DNA of 64,000 nt from Sminthopsis crassicaudata (lineage: Eukaryota): NCBI RefSeq assembly GCF_048593235.1, contig NC_133618.1:58624478-58688477 (forward strand), read 5' to 3'. The translations under genes and the position numbers were made by a program. Positions 1-31,488 of this stretch are shown piece by piece (position 1 is the first letter of the stretch; every line of letters starts with the position of its first letter). The notes under the pieces were generated by a model that was not told where the DNA came from, ran no database searches, and worked only from the letters and a program-made list of their open reading frames with translations.

Positions 1-69
1 AGGACCTAAGTCAAATCTAGTATCAGACATTTAACACTTCCTGGGCAAGCCACTTAACCCCAATTGCCT

Positions 70-113
<44 letters not shown>
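1..113 (+). mobile_element. WSINE1-type marsupial SINE, 3' part with A40 tail
   Basis: ...gggcaagccacttaaccccaattgcctcagc followed by A74-113. Confidence 0.85.
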
Positions 114-115
<2 letters not shown>

Positions 116-1882
116 TAAAAGGGCTTGTGAAACCCTTTACATGTTATCTTGATCCTCACTAGAGTAAATGCTGTTATTATCCCCATTTTGCACATGGGGA
201 AACCAGGCTAGGAGAGGTTACATTCCTTGCCCAAGGGCACAAAGCAGGGAATTGTCTTGGGCAGGGATTAAACTGACTCCAATTCCTGTCTCCATCCTCT
301 GCCCCACCTGGGATTTCTGCACTTCTCCTAGGGCCATCTTTGTGGATCCTAGAACAGCAGAGTGGAAGGGCCTCTAGAACATAGAGTCCTTCCTGTGGGA
401 TTCCCATGACACACCCTCCAGCTTTTGTGAGACTCCCCGGGACTTCCCACTTACTGCTCTAAGTCGGTGACGTGGATTTCCTCCCTCCTTCTTTTTGTAA
501 TAGAGCTCTGTCCTGCCCCCGTATTGTGCGTCTATGCTCCTGAGTCATTTCTTAGTTCCTTCTCCCACTGTTCCCCCACCCCCTTCATTGCATCATTTCT
601 CCTTTAAGTTCCAAAAGCCCCCAATGGCTCCTTTTTGTGTCTTCTCCGAGGCGTGATCCGTTCTAACTTAGCTTAGCCGGATGTTCCCTTCTCCCTGAAC
701 ATTATTTATTCACAGTACTTCCAGTTGTGTATTGAGAGTCATAGCCAGAAGAGGTAATCTGGGCCAAATCCCTTATATATTTGTATTCCACACACACACA
801 CACTTAATAGTATTTTACTTTTTCCAATTCCACATAAAGATCCTTTTTTTTCTTCCCTTTTATGAGATTTTGAGTTCCAACAAACCTCTTCTTCTATAGG
901 GAAGGAAATCAAAGCATAGAAGTTGGCTGATATGGCCAGGACCAGTCAGGGAGTCAGGGGCGCCCCTGGAATTCAAGCCCACGTCTCTTGACGTTAAACT
1001 CAGTCATCTTTGCCCCGCGCCCCAGTCCCTTTTCAGACAAGGATTCCCCGGTGCTCGGTTGGTGTCCGTGGGTGGTGGCTCCTTCCATTACTCAGTGACT
1101 TCAGCAACACCAAAGTATCTCTCCTTCCGATGAGATGGCCCATCAGCCCTCCCTCCATGCCCTAGGATTCTCCTCCCGTCCTTCCCTAAGTTGGCCATGG
1201 CAGGGACCTGCCCACTGGGATCCCCTTCGCTTTCCCTTGAGTTCCCAGGGATGCTCCTAGAGCCCCTGGAGCTGCCCCCTGTCCCTTGTCCTCAACCTTG
1301 CTTCTCTTCCCAGCTCCTTTCTTTCTAGGTATCCTTTGCTCTGGTTCTCCTTTGCAGCTCCTCGTTGGTCATATATAATACAGCCTGCTTCCAGCTACCG
1401 TAGACCTCTCCATGGCCCTCAGGCCTTTAGAGGCTGTTCTGTTCCATGAATGATAACCGTGTCACCCCAGCAGGATAATACTGGTCTCCGAGAGAGAGGA
1501 ACCTTTTTACTAAGGGAGAGGCTTGGGGTAATTTAAAAACTTTAAGCGTCCCAAATTTCTAGCCCATTCCTTTCTTGGAGAACTTGGAGCCCAAATCGTT
1601 GTCCAGAGACAGGGAGAGAGAGAAACACAAATATATAGGTGCACCCACACACATTTACGTATTCATACATACATATTATTGTTCAGTTGTTTTCAATCAT
1701 GTCCATCCCTTGGCAACCCACTTTGGGATTTTCTTGGCAAACTACTGGAGTAGTTCGCCATTTCCTTATCCAGCTTATTTTGTGGATGAGGAAAGTGGGG
1801 CAGAAGTGTCCAGGGTCACCCAGTAAGTCTCTGAAGCCAGATTTACATTCAAGAAGATGAATCTTCCTGATTCCAGACCTGC

Positions 1883-2070
1883 CACATGCATATATACACA
1901 TGTATGTACACACACGTGTGTGTATGCATGCTAGTACATGCTGTGTCATTTATATGTACATTTTGCATGCACATATGTACAAACTTTTGTATGGTATATA
2001 TATGCATACATAGGTACATACACAGTGGGCATGTGTGGGTACATACATTATATGTGCACACATACACACA
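1883..2070. repeat. (CA/TA/TG) alternating low-complexity tract
   Basis: Includes a perfect 18-bp palindrome TACACACACGTGTGTGTA at 1907-1924. Confidence 0.85.
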
Positions 2071-3263
2071 AATGGAAAAAGCTTTCTAGGTTCTCCATAC
2101 AGCTTGGAGGTTCTTATGAAAGACTCTTTTGGCAATCTGGTGAAGCCTTTGAATCCCTTCTCGGAATAATGTTTTTGAATGTATAAAATGAAATATACAG
2201 GATTATAAATAAAACCAATTGCATTGAAAAAGTTCTCAGAATAATTTTTTTAAAAACAAGTTTCTAGACCCCTGATCTAATTTCATTTTTCATTTTTCAT
2301 CCACTTAGCCATTTATGTGTGGATGGTTAGGACAAACTTTTTAAAAATAGATGATTGCCATCTTTTACTTTTACATCATCTAGATTTCCCTGTGTCTCTC
2401 TCCCCCACCTTCCTTCCAGAGAGCCAGCCTTTATAAAGAAAGAAAAAGAAAAAAAATTCATAAAACCAGCCACAAAAGGGTGCAGTATTAGATACAAATT
2501 CCATCCCCAAAGACTGTGATTTCTTAATAGATTGGAGAGAAATGTCTCCTTGTGTCTCCTCCTGGCACCAAGCTTATTCTCTGTAATTTTGCCACATTCC
2601 ATTTTAATTGTTCCATATTTCTTGGTCTTTCTATGAATGCCGTTAGAGTTGTAATATCGTTTCCTTTCCTCCACTACTTCCTTCACTCCACGGCTTCCTG
2701 TTAATTCATCATGCTCTTTGTTTCTTAGCACACAAGCCAAACCGTTGAGTCCTCTATACTTAGGATGTTCTGAAGCGAGCAGGGCTTTAAGGTAGTCAAC
2801 ATAGTGTCACCCGCCATTGGGAGCAGCAGGAAGTCCTCACACAGGCCAAGAGCTTGGTCCAGCCTCTTCAAGTTGGACTTGTTCTCGTGCCGGTGGAAGC
2901 AGAGGCCGGCTCTCCAGAGAAGGCTGTCCTTGTCATGGTATCGTCCAGGAATCCTGCAGGTCGCTGACCTGTGTAGTGGAAGGGCTCTGTTGGGGGAGCT
3001 TATTTTCTGTCCACTTTTCAGAAGAAAGGGGATGTGTAGTTTTGAAAGACTTCTCTTCATCAAGGATGCCTTCAGTGCATATATAGATCATTTCCATAAA
3101 AATGGGAAAGTAGCTCTCTGTTGTCCAGAATCCTTGGCTGTCCTGACCATGGTGCTTCCCAAGAGCTTGCCACATATGTTGAAGCTCACAAACAAGGAAT
3201 ACATCACAAGGGCCAAAAATGTGACTTTGGGAGACTCAGACGAAGCGTTTGTTTGCTTCCTAG

Positions 3264-23774
<20,511 letters not shown>

Positions 23775-24581
23775 GCTGGAGCCCCCTCCGGGGCCTCTCT
23801 GGTCAGTGACGGATACTCCAGGGCCACTCGGACAGCCACAGTTCCTGCTTCCCTCTCTGCCCCCTCCCTTTTGCTGTCCCGCCCCGGACCCCTCAGGGGC
23901 TGAGGGGGAGAGCCGGGCATCCCCCTACCCACAGGAAGCCCCCAGCCCTTCCCGCACTACTCACCTCCGGTTTCACCTTCCGCCCACAGTGTCCAACTTT
24001 GAAACTTAACTCCTTGTAGACGAGGGCTCGATAGGGGGGCTGAGGAGAAGGCCATTCCCAGAACTATTCTTGCTATGAGATCAGGGTCAGGCCTTGAAGG
24101 CTGTTTCCCGATCCCTCTTCCCAGGCCCCCTTCTCCCCGACTCCCCAGACCCACTAGGCAGCAGGGAGGGGCCATGGAGGCAATTCGGCTGGGCCGCGAG
24201 GCACACCGGCAGCAGAGACGGGAATCAGTGAAGCTAAGAGAGATGAGGATTATGTTTGCAGGTGGCCGTGGCCTGCTGGGGACCGCGTCCTATTTATTTG
24301 TGTATTTATTGGTCAGGAAAGTTACAAGGGAGCAAGAGAACAGGAAGACAGATGCTTGGGGGGAGGTTGAGGCTACTCCCCTGACCATGGGCATGTCCCT
24401 GCCCCAAGGAACCTGCCAGGCTGTGAGGGCCCGGATTGTGCCAGGGAAGCCCCCACCGGACCCCCCGCCCTTCCTCCTCACCAGCCATCCTCGTCCTTGG
24501 GGCTTGTCACCCTGCCCTGGAAACCCAAGTGAACAAAGCAGAAGGTCCCTCGAGTTGGGGCTCTTGTTTGTTTGTTTTCCC

Positions 24582-24587
24582 AATAAA
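24582..24587 (+). terminator. SLC12A4 polyadenylation signal
   Basis: AATAAA about 810 nt after the stop, followed by T/GT-rich sequence (ctcagttttgttt). AU-rich tatttatttgtgtatttatt lies upstream in the UTR at about 24291-24310. Confidence 0.7.
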
Positions 24588-25084
24588 ACATTGTTTACTG
24601 ACTTTTCTCCCACCTCCTGACTCAGTTTTGTTTCCCCTTGCTTTGGGAGGAAAGAAGGGAGTTCCAGGGAGAGACAGGCCCAGCTTCAAAAACAGCTGGG
24701 AGGTCCCAGGAGCTGGCTCGGCCCCAGCCCAGCCTCCCTCCTTGTCTTTGGCCATCCCTGCCTTGGTTCTGCCTCCTGCCCTGAAATCTGGGCCGCTTGT
24801 CATAAAGGGGGTTGGGAAGGGTAGGAATGTCTCACCTCCCAAGCTTCCACATCCCCTCCCCGGGGGACAGCTCCAGAGAGCAAGAGTTTTATAATAGGGA
24901 AGTGAATTGTGCTCTACGGATTGAGAGCTTCAAGAAACTTCAAAAACAGCCACTTTGTTTCTTTCCTCCTCCCCTTCCTAGAACCTCTTGTTAAGTGAAA
25001 GTGAATTGTCCAGGGTCCTGCAAGCAATAAATAGGAATCCCTCTGCCTCCATATCTTGCATTCTGTCCATTATACACTGCAAAC

Positions 25085-25103
25085 TTTTCCCTCTCTCCTT
25101 CCT

Positions 25104-25134
<31 letters not shown>

Positions 25135-25375
25135 GTCTCTCTCTCTCAATGTCTCTCTTTTTCTTTCTCCCTTCCTCTCTTCCACCTGTCTCTTCTTTCC
25201 TTTTTTCTCTCCTTTCTTTTTCCCTCCCTCTCCCATCTTTCCCATTCTCTCTATTCTCCTTTCTCTCTCCAACACTGTCTCTGCCTCCTATCTCTTTCTC
25301 TGTCCCTCCCACCCTGTCTTTTTTCTTTCTCTCTCCCTCCCTCCCTCCATTTTTCCCTCCCTCTCTTCCCTCGTG
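25085..25375. repeat. CT-rich polypyrimidine microsatellite/low complexity
   Basis: (CT)n plus degenerate CT/CTT tract between SLC12A4 and LCAT. Confidence 0.9.
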
Positions 25376-26596
25376 CCACCCAGCTGCCCTTCTGCAAATC
25401 CATCACCCCTCCCTTGTAGGTCCATCCTTTTCCCTCCCTCTGTGGTACCAAACTCAATCCTTGTCTCCACTCAAAGCTGAAGGGATCGCCTGGGGAATGG
25501 CCGAACTAGTTGTGGTACTAGTAATGGGCTAAGTACGATGTTCTTGAACTCTTTGAAACAATGAATAGGAAGGCTTCAGAGAAGCATGGAAGCCATAATA
25601 ACCCACTGGAGAGGAGGTGGAATCCAGCCTACACAATAGCTGCAACAAGAAGCATTGTTGCTATTTATTTGGCATTTTAAGTGTTGCAGAAGACTTTACA
25701 AATATTTCCTCATTTGTTCTTCACAACAAGCCTGCTATTATTCCTGCTTTAAAGAAGAGGAAACTAAAGCAGACTTGCTCAGACTCAAACACTGTGTCTT
25801 TCATGGGATTTGAACCTTGGTCTTCCTGACTTCAGTTCCTTTTTTGATTCACTTTGCCAGAAAAAAAAAAGCAGAAGATGATGGTATGCAATCACAATGA
25901 TCAAGCTTGGTTTGGGTGAAGAGTTGAAAAAAACACCTCCCATCTTTGTAGAGGTGGAGAACTACAGATACATAATGTTGCATGTGCTTTTTGGGGGTAA
26001 TAATGTCAATTTTTACTGGCATGGCCTAGCCATGAGCTTCAGTAAATTCAGTATTTTTTTGCTGTTTGTTTTAGGAAACTTTTATTTTTTTCCAATTACA
26101 TGTAAAGATAGTGTTAAGCATTCATTTTTATAAGCTTTTTGAGTTTCAAAATTTTCTCCCTCCTTCCTCTTCCTTATTCCCCAAAATAGCAAACAATCTG
26201 ATCTAGATTATACATGTTACACTTTCAAATGCAGTTGGTTTTAAACACTTCTATCTTTTCAAGGGTGAGGAACTATGGATATACAATGTTGCATGTGCTT
26301 TCAGATGCAAATGATTTTAAATGTACTTACCATCTTTGCAGAGGGGAGGGGACTGTGGGTATATAATGTTGTATACACTTTCAGAGGTGGGAAATTCCAG
26401 GTATATAATGGTACAAAAATGCTTTCTCACTGAACTTTTTTCTCCTTTTTAAACCTTGGTTACAAAGCATGGCTCACTGTGTAGAGGGAGGAGAAACGTT
26501 TAGAAATAAAAGCAATGTAAAAACAAAAGAAATAAGACCTGGACCTGAGACTTCATTGTTTAAAAATGTCAATAAAAGTAAGATTAAGAATAAATT

Positions 26597-26720
26597 CAGG
26601 GGCAGCGAGGTGGCTACAGCACCAGCCCTAGAGTTAGGAAGCCCTGAGTTCAAATGTGACCTCAGATATTAGCTGTACGACACTGGACAAGTCACTTAAG
26701 CCCAATTATCTCCCAAAAAA
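26597..26720 (+). mobile_element. WSINE1-type SINE (diverged)
   Basis: ggggcagcgaggtgg ... gagttcaaatg ... gacaagtcacttaag ... A tail. Confidence 0.75.
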
Positions 26721-27901
26721 AATACAAAACAAAAAAATCCCAAATGCACAGAACTTTTTACAAAGGGCCAAAAAAAAAAAAAAAAAAAAAAGGTGAAGAT
26801 TAATTGAAAACAATTTAGTGAGTGCTCCTAGGTGCTCAGAACTCTTCTGGTCCCTTGAGATTTTAAGGAAAAGCCAGGACTTAGACTAGATTCCTACGAG
26901 ATCATCAGATCTTGGGTTGAAAATAATTTTGGCACACATTTACATAATGATCTAAGATTTAGAAAGCATGGTATACATGATCTAATGATGTGAGTGCTAT
27001 TATCCCCATTTTACAGATGAAGAAACTGAAGTTCACCAAACTTAAGGGTCTTGCCCACAGAAAGTATTAAAGATAGGATCCAGCCTCTGCTCTGCCAGAT
27101 CCTAGGTCCAACACTGTAGCTCCTGTGCCATGCTGCTTAGGGGCACAGGGAATAGAGCACCCAACTTAGATTCAAAAAAACCTGAATTCAAATCCAGCCT
27201 CAGACATTAGCTGTGTGGCTCTGGGCAGGTCATTTAACCCTGTTTACCTCAGTTTCCTTATCTGTGAAATGGCCAATGGCTTCAGTATCTTGTGCCAAGA
27301 AACTCCAGATGGGGACAGGAAGAGTCAGACATGCTCGAGAGCAGATAGCTGTGAAGATCGTGTAAGATAATAATTGTAAAGCCCTTAGCACAGTTCTTGG
27401 CACTAGACAAATGTTAGCTTTCAGTATTATTGTTCTTTTCAAGGGTCTGAGGATCTTAGTCCCATCTCATTTTGGGGAGGAAGAAACGGCCTGAATGACA
27501 GACCTGCCATGTGTTGCTCTGGTAGGAAGAAGGTGAAATGGGATTTGAACCCCCAACTTCCCCTTCAGAGGCAGAGGGGCACCCTTAGTAATAATATTAG
27601 CCAGCATTTTTTATATGTATACACATTTCTCCAATGATCGTGCTACACAAGAAAAACCCAATCAAAAAGGGAAAGAAATGAGAGAAAACAAAATACAAGC
27701 AAACCACAGAGTGAAAATGAATCAGCCTTCTCACTGGGCTCCCCCCATCTCCTGTCTCTGGATGCTCGCCCCGGCCCGATGCCCCCGGTTACCGACAGGA
27801 TGCTGAGGTCCGGTGCTCAGAGTCTGAGGTGGCTTTTGAACTCGAGTCTCCCTGACACCCCCCCCTCAAGTCCAGCATTTGTTCTGTTGGCCCAGATTCC
27901 A

Positions 27902-28121
27902 AGGGCAGAGTCCTGGCCGGCTCCTGTGTCCCTGAGTACTTGGAAAAGGTCAGTGTCCTGGCCCGTTTTCCCACACTGCCCCTCTTCTCCTCCAGCTCCC
28001 GCCCCCAGAGCCCAGGTCCCTGGGGGGCCGCCGGCCTGCAAGCCCTCCCCTCCTCCCTCGCAGGACCTGGCTCCTCCAGAAGCCGCCCTCCTCTGGTCCC
28101 TCCCACCACCACCCCTGATAA
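27902..28121 (+). promoter_or_regulatory. LCAT proximal promoter: HNF4/DR1-like site and GATAA TATA-like box
   Basis: AGGGCAGAGTCCT (27902-27914) resembles the HNF4 DR1 consensus. GATAA at 28117-28121 lies 39 nt before the ATG; human LCAT is recalled to use a GATAA box and a short 5' UTR. GC-rich context. Motif-only inference. Confidence 0.5.
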
Positions 28122-28155
28122 GGGGCCAAGTGTGGCCTGGCTCTGGGCGTGCAGC

Positions 28156-28312
28156 ATGGGGCTTCTGGGGCGGCTGCATGGCCGCTGCTCCCTCCTGGGC
28201 CTCCTCCTCCTGCTGCCCTCGGTCACCCCCTTCTGGCTCCTGAATGTCCTCTTCCCCCCAAATGCCACCCCCAAGGCTGCCCTCAACAACAACACAAGAC
28301 CCGTGGTATTGG
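28156..28312 (+). CDS. LCAT: LCAT exon 1
   Basis: [55 protein letters not shown] |gtaagg, 157 nt. Confidence 0.93.
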
Positions 28313-31307
28313 GTAAGGCTCTCCCCACCCCCCTCCTAGGATTGGTGGTTCTAGGTTCTGAGGGTCTGCTCCCCACCTCAGGTCCTGGGGGCCCCTTCAG
28401 GGGTGCAGCCTGTAGGAGAAGGCCTTGCAGGGGTGGGCTGCCGCTGTGGCTTCAGCTTTGGGAAGCTGCATCTGCTCCTCCAAACCCAAGGCCCACTGGA
28501 GGTGTGTGGGGATGGAGGGATGGCTCCTGGGGCGTAGGACCCCCTCCCCCTACCACGGCAGCCTGGGCTGGGACAAAGGAAGGGAGTCCTGGCTCCCTGG
28601 CTCTTCCTGTTCCCTGCACCCTAAAGCCCACCGCCACACCTGGCCTGCTCTCTGGTGGCCTCTTGTCCGGGCGGGCCCAAACTGTTTGTTCCAATCCTGG
28701 ACTTTGGCTGAGGCCCGAGGGAAGAAAAGGGATGTTTGTGTTTATCTAGCTTTGTCCTAGATGGGGGTCAGGGACACCGCCTCCTCTTCCTAGTGGGAGC
28801 CCAGGGTCTAGAATTACCAGCTCCTCCCCCCTCCCCACAAGGGGCCAAGGAGGGGGAGAGCGTATGAGGGGGATATGTGAGGGTGATGGTCCTCCTGCCC
28901 ACAGTGCCTGGCTGCTTGGGGAACCAACTGGAGGCCAAGCTGGACAAGCCAGATGTGGTCAACTGGCTGTGCTACCGGAAGACAGAGGACTTCTTCACGA
29001 TCTGGTTTGACTTCAACATGTTCCTGCCCCTCGGGGTTGACTGTTGGATTGACAACACTAGGTGGGCCCTGAGAACTGCCCTCAGCCCCCTCCCAAAGCC
29101 AAGGAGCCCCCCAGCCACCCCCAAGATCAAGGAGCTCCTCAGCTACCCCCAAGCCCTTAGACCAGATCCTTCCACACTCCAAAAAACAGACAACTTACAC
29201 AATTCATTGGTCCATTAGAGCCAAGGGACAGGCCCAGGAGGCTTACGAACCTCATTGTAGAAAGCAGGAAAGCTACCAGGGGCTCCAGGAAGGAGTCTGG
29301 GGACTCTCCTGGGGCCAGGCATCCACATGTCCTATCCAACTGCCCGCTCTCAGAAACTCAGAGTTCGTAGAGACTGGTCCTGGGATGGCCATGTGTGCTG
29401 ACTACACCATCCACTTACAAGCACACCCCACCTTTCTATACCTGCATCTCCCACACACAAAGCTCGCTGGCATGCAAGTGCACGTGCGCGCGCACACACA
29501 CACACACGCACCCCTCTGGAGGCTGAGCCTCCTTCTTGACTCTACAGGGTGGTCTACAATAGGACCACAGGGCAAATGTCCAATGCCCCTGGCGTGCAGA
29601 TTCGGGTCCCAGGTTTTGGCAAAACCTACTCCGTGGAGTATCTGGACCCCAAGAAGCTGGCAGGTAGGAAGCTGGGGGCCCATGCTGATTGCCTAAAAGC
29701 CAGGAACCCACTTCATCTTGCTTGTCACAAGTTCCAGTCCTGGGAGACTCTGAAGATCCCATACTCTGGAGGGCTGGATGGAGGGTACCCCTATAACTGT
29801 CATTAACCCCCTTATCCTGTATCTCCATCCCCACTCCCCAACCCAATGAAGGCTACATGCACACACTAGTCCAAAATCTCGTCAACAATGGGTACGTGCG
29901 GGACGAGACAGTTCGGGCTGCGCCTTATGATTGGAGACTGGACCCCAGTGAGTAGGGGTAGGGATGGGGGGGCACTGAGCATGGGTATCTGAGAAGGGAG
30001 GGGGCCAAAGGCAAGCGCTCGAGGCTGGCGCCCCTCTCTCTCTGGCCCCAGCCCAGCAGGAAGAATACTTTAAGAAGCTAGCAGGGCTGGTGGAGGAGAT
30101 GTACGCCACCTATGGGAAGCCCATTTTCCTCATTGGACACAGCCTGGGCAACCTTCATCTGCTCTACTTCCTTGTGCATCAGCCTCAGGCCTGGAAGGAC
30201 CGCTTCATTGACGGCTTCATTGCCCTGGGAGCTCCCTGGGCTGGCTCCATCAAACCCATGAAGGTCCTCACTTCTGGTAAGCACATTAGCCACTGCCATA
30301 TGGGAAAGAGAAAAGTCTCAGAAGCCCTCGGGAGACTCATCCAGATCCCTCAGACCCAGAGCCAAGGCACTCACAGACACCCTCAGTAACAGAACCAGTC
30401 CCCAGCTGCATGTCCCCGGCCCACTTATACTAATTCACATGGATCCCCCATATCCAGATGGGACCCACCTAGGAGCGGCTACAGACTTGCTGGCTCCCTT
30501 GCAAAGCCCTCCCATCCAACACCTGTGGAGATTTTGCCTCCTGAATCCCTCCCCGGGCTCTCTGCAGAGATGGATAATGGGGGGTGAAGGGGTCAGAGGT
30601 CATGGTGACGGAGCCAGGTTTGGGGGTCGTTGGCAGGGATAGTTAGCTTGGGATGGGCGCCGAGCCCCTCACCCTGTACCCCATCTGCAGGAGACAACCA
30701 GGGCATTCCAATCATGTCCAACATCAAGCTTCGAGAGGGCCCCCGGAGGACCACCAGCTCCCCATGGATGTTCCCTTCCCGCCTCGCGTGGCCCGAGGAC
30801 CACGTGTTCTTCTCCACGCCTACCATCAACTACACCTTCCAGAACTTCCAGCGCTTTTTCGCAGACCTGCGCTTTGAAGACGGCTGGTACATGTGGCTGC
30901 ACACACGCGACCTGTTTGCGGGGCTGCCCGCGCCTGGAGTGGAGGTCTACTGCCTCTACGGCGTGGGGCTGCCGACCCCCCACACCTACATCTACGACGA
31001 GGGCTTCCCTTACAACGACCCCGTGTCCATCCTCTATGAAGACGGGGACAACACGGTGGCCACCCGCAGCATGGAGCTCTGCGCACGCTGGCGTGAGAAG
31101 CAGCCCCAGCCGGTCCACGTTTTCCCCATCCCCGGCCTGCAGCACCTCAACATGGTCTTCAACAACCAGACGCTGGACTACATCAACTCCATCCTGCTGG
31201 GTGCCTACAGAACAGCAGACGCCAAGGACCCTGCTTCCTCCGGGGATTCCCCCTCGGCTTCGACCCCCAGGGACACAGACACAGACAAGGTCACAGACCA
31301 CATATGA
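28156..31307 (+). CDS. LCAT: Lecithin-cholesterol acyltransferase, complete spliced CDS (6 exons, 455 aa)
   Basis: Exons sum to 1368 nt in frame. Signal peptide is followed by the mature N-terminus [15 protein letters not shown] nucleophile Ser (30141-30143), EDGDNTV Asp and QHLNM His are intact, as are both disulfide pairs (CYRK/DCWI, YCLY/LCAR). Confidence 0.97.
28905..29061 (+). CDS. LCAT: LCAT exon 2
   Basis: cag| [34 protein letters not shown]...CWIDNTR |gtgggc, 157 nt. Confidence 0.95.
29548..29663 (+). CDS. LCAT: LCAT exon 3
   Basis: cag| [38 protein letters not shown] |gtagga, 116 nt. Confidence 0.95.
29852..29947 (+). CDS. LCAT: LCAT exon 4
   Basis: aag| [32 protein letters not shown] |gtgagt, 96 nt. 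Confidence 0.95.
30052..30276 (+). CDS. LCAT: LCAT exon 5
   Basis: cag| [34 protein letters not shown]...IKPMKVLTS |gtaagc, 225 nt. Confidence 0.95.
30691..31307 (+). CDS. LCAT: LCAT exon 6 (stop)
   Basis: cag| [14 protein letters not shown]...[12 protein letters not shown]...VTDHI-TGA. Confidence 0.95.
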
Positions 31308-31482
31308 GGAGCTGGTGGCTGAAAGGGGGGGCACCGCATCCCTCTGAAGCTTGGCTCTGCCCCAGACTTTGGGTCCTGCCCCCGTCACAGCATGAATCAA
31401 AAGCTCTCCTTTGAAGTCCATCTCTGGAGTGACTAGGGAGGAAGAGGGTCCGACTCTCTAGAAGTGGAAGGAGGAGAACAAT

Positions 31483-31488
31483 AATAAA
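31483..31488 (+). terminator. Candidate LCAT polyadenylation signal
   Basis: First AATAAA after the stop (about 175 nt downstream), at the edge of an L2/MIR-like tail. Confidence 0.5.

Noticed and set aside
1-3263. SLC12A4 exon 3 (EELDIRPKVSSLL...)
   Set aside because: Not found in any frame; it presumably lies upstream of the window.
27940-28155. In-frame 5' extension of LCAT
   Set aside because: Starts at TTG upstream of the GATAA box; the ATG at 28156 gives a normal signal peptide.
30669-31421. 250-aa minus-strand ORF
   Set aside because: Antisense shadow of LCAT exon 6 caused by codon bias.
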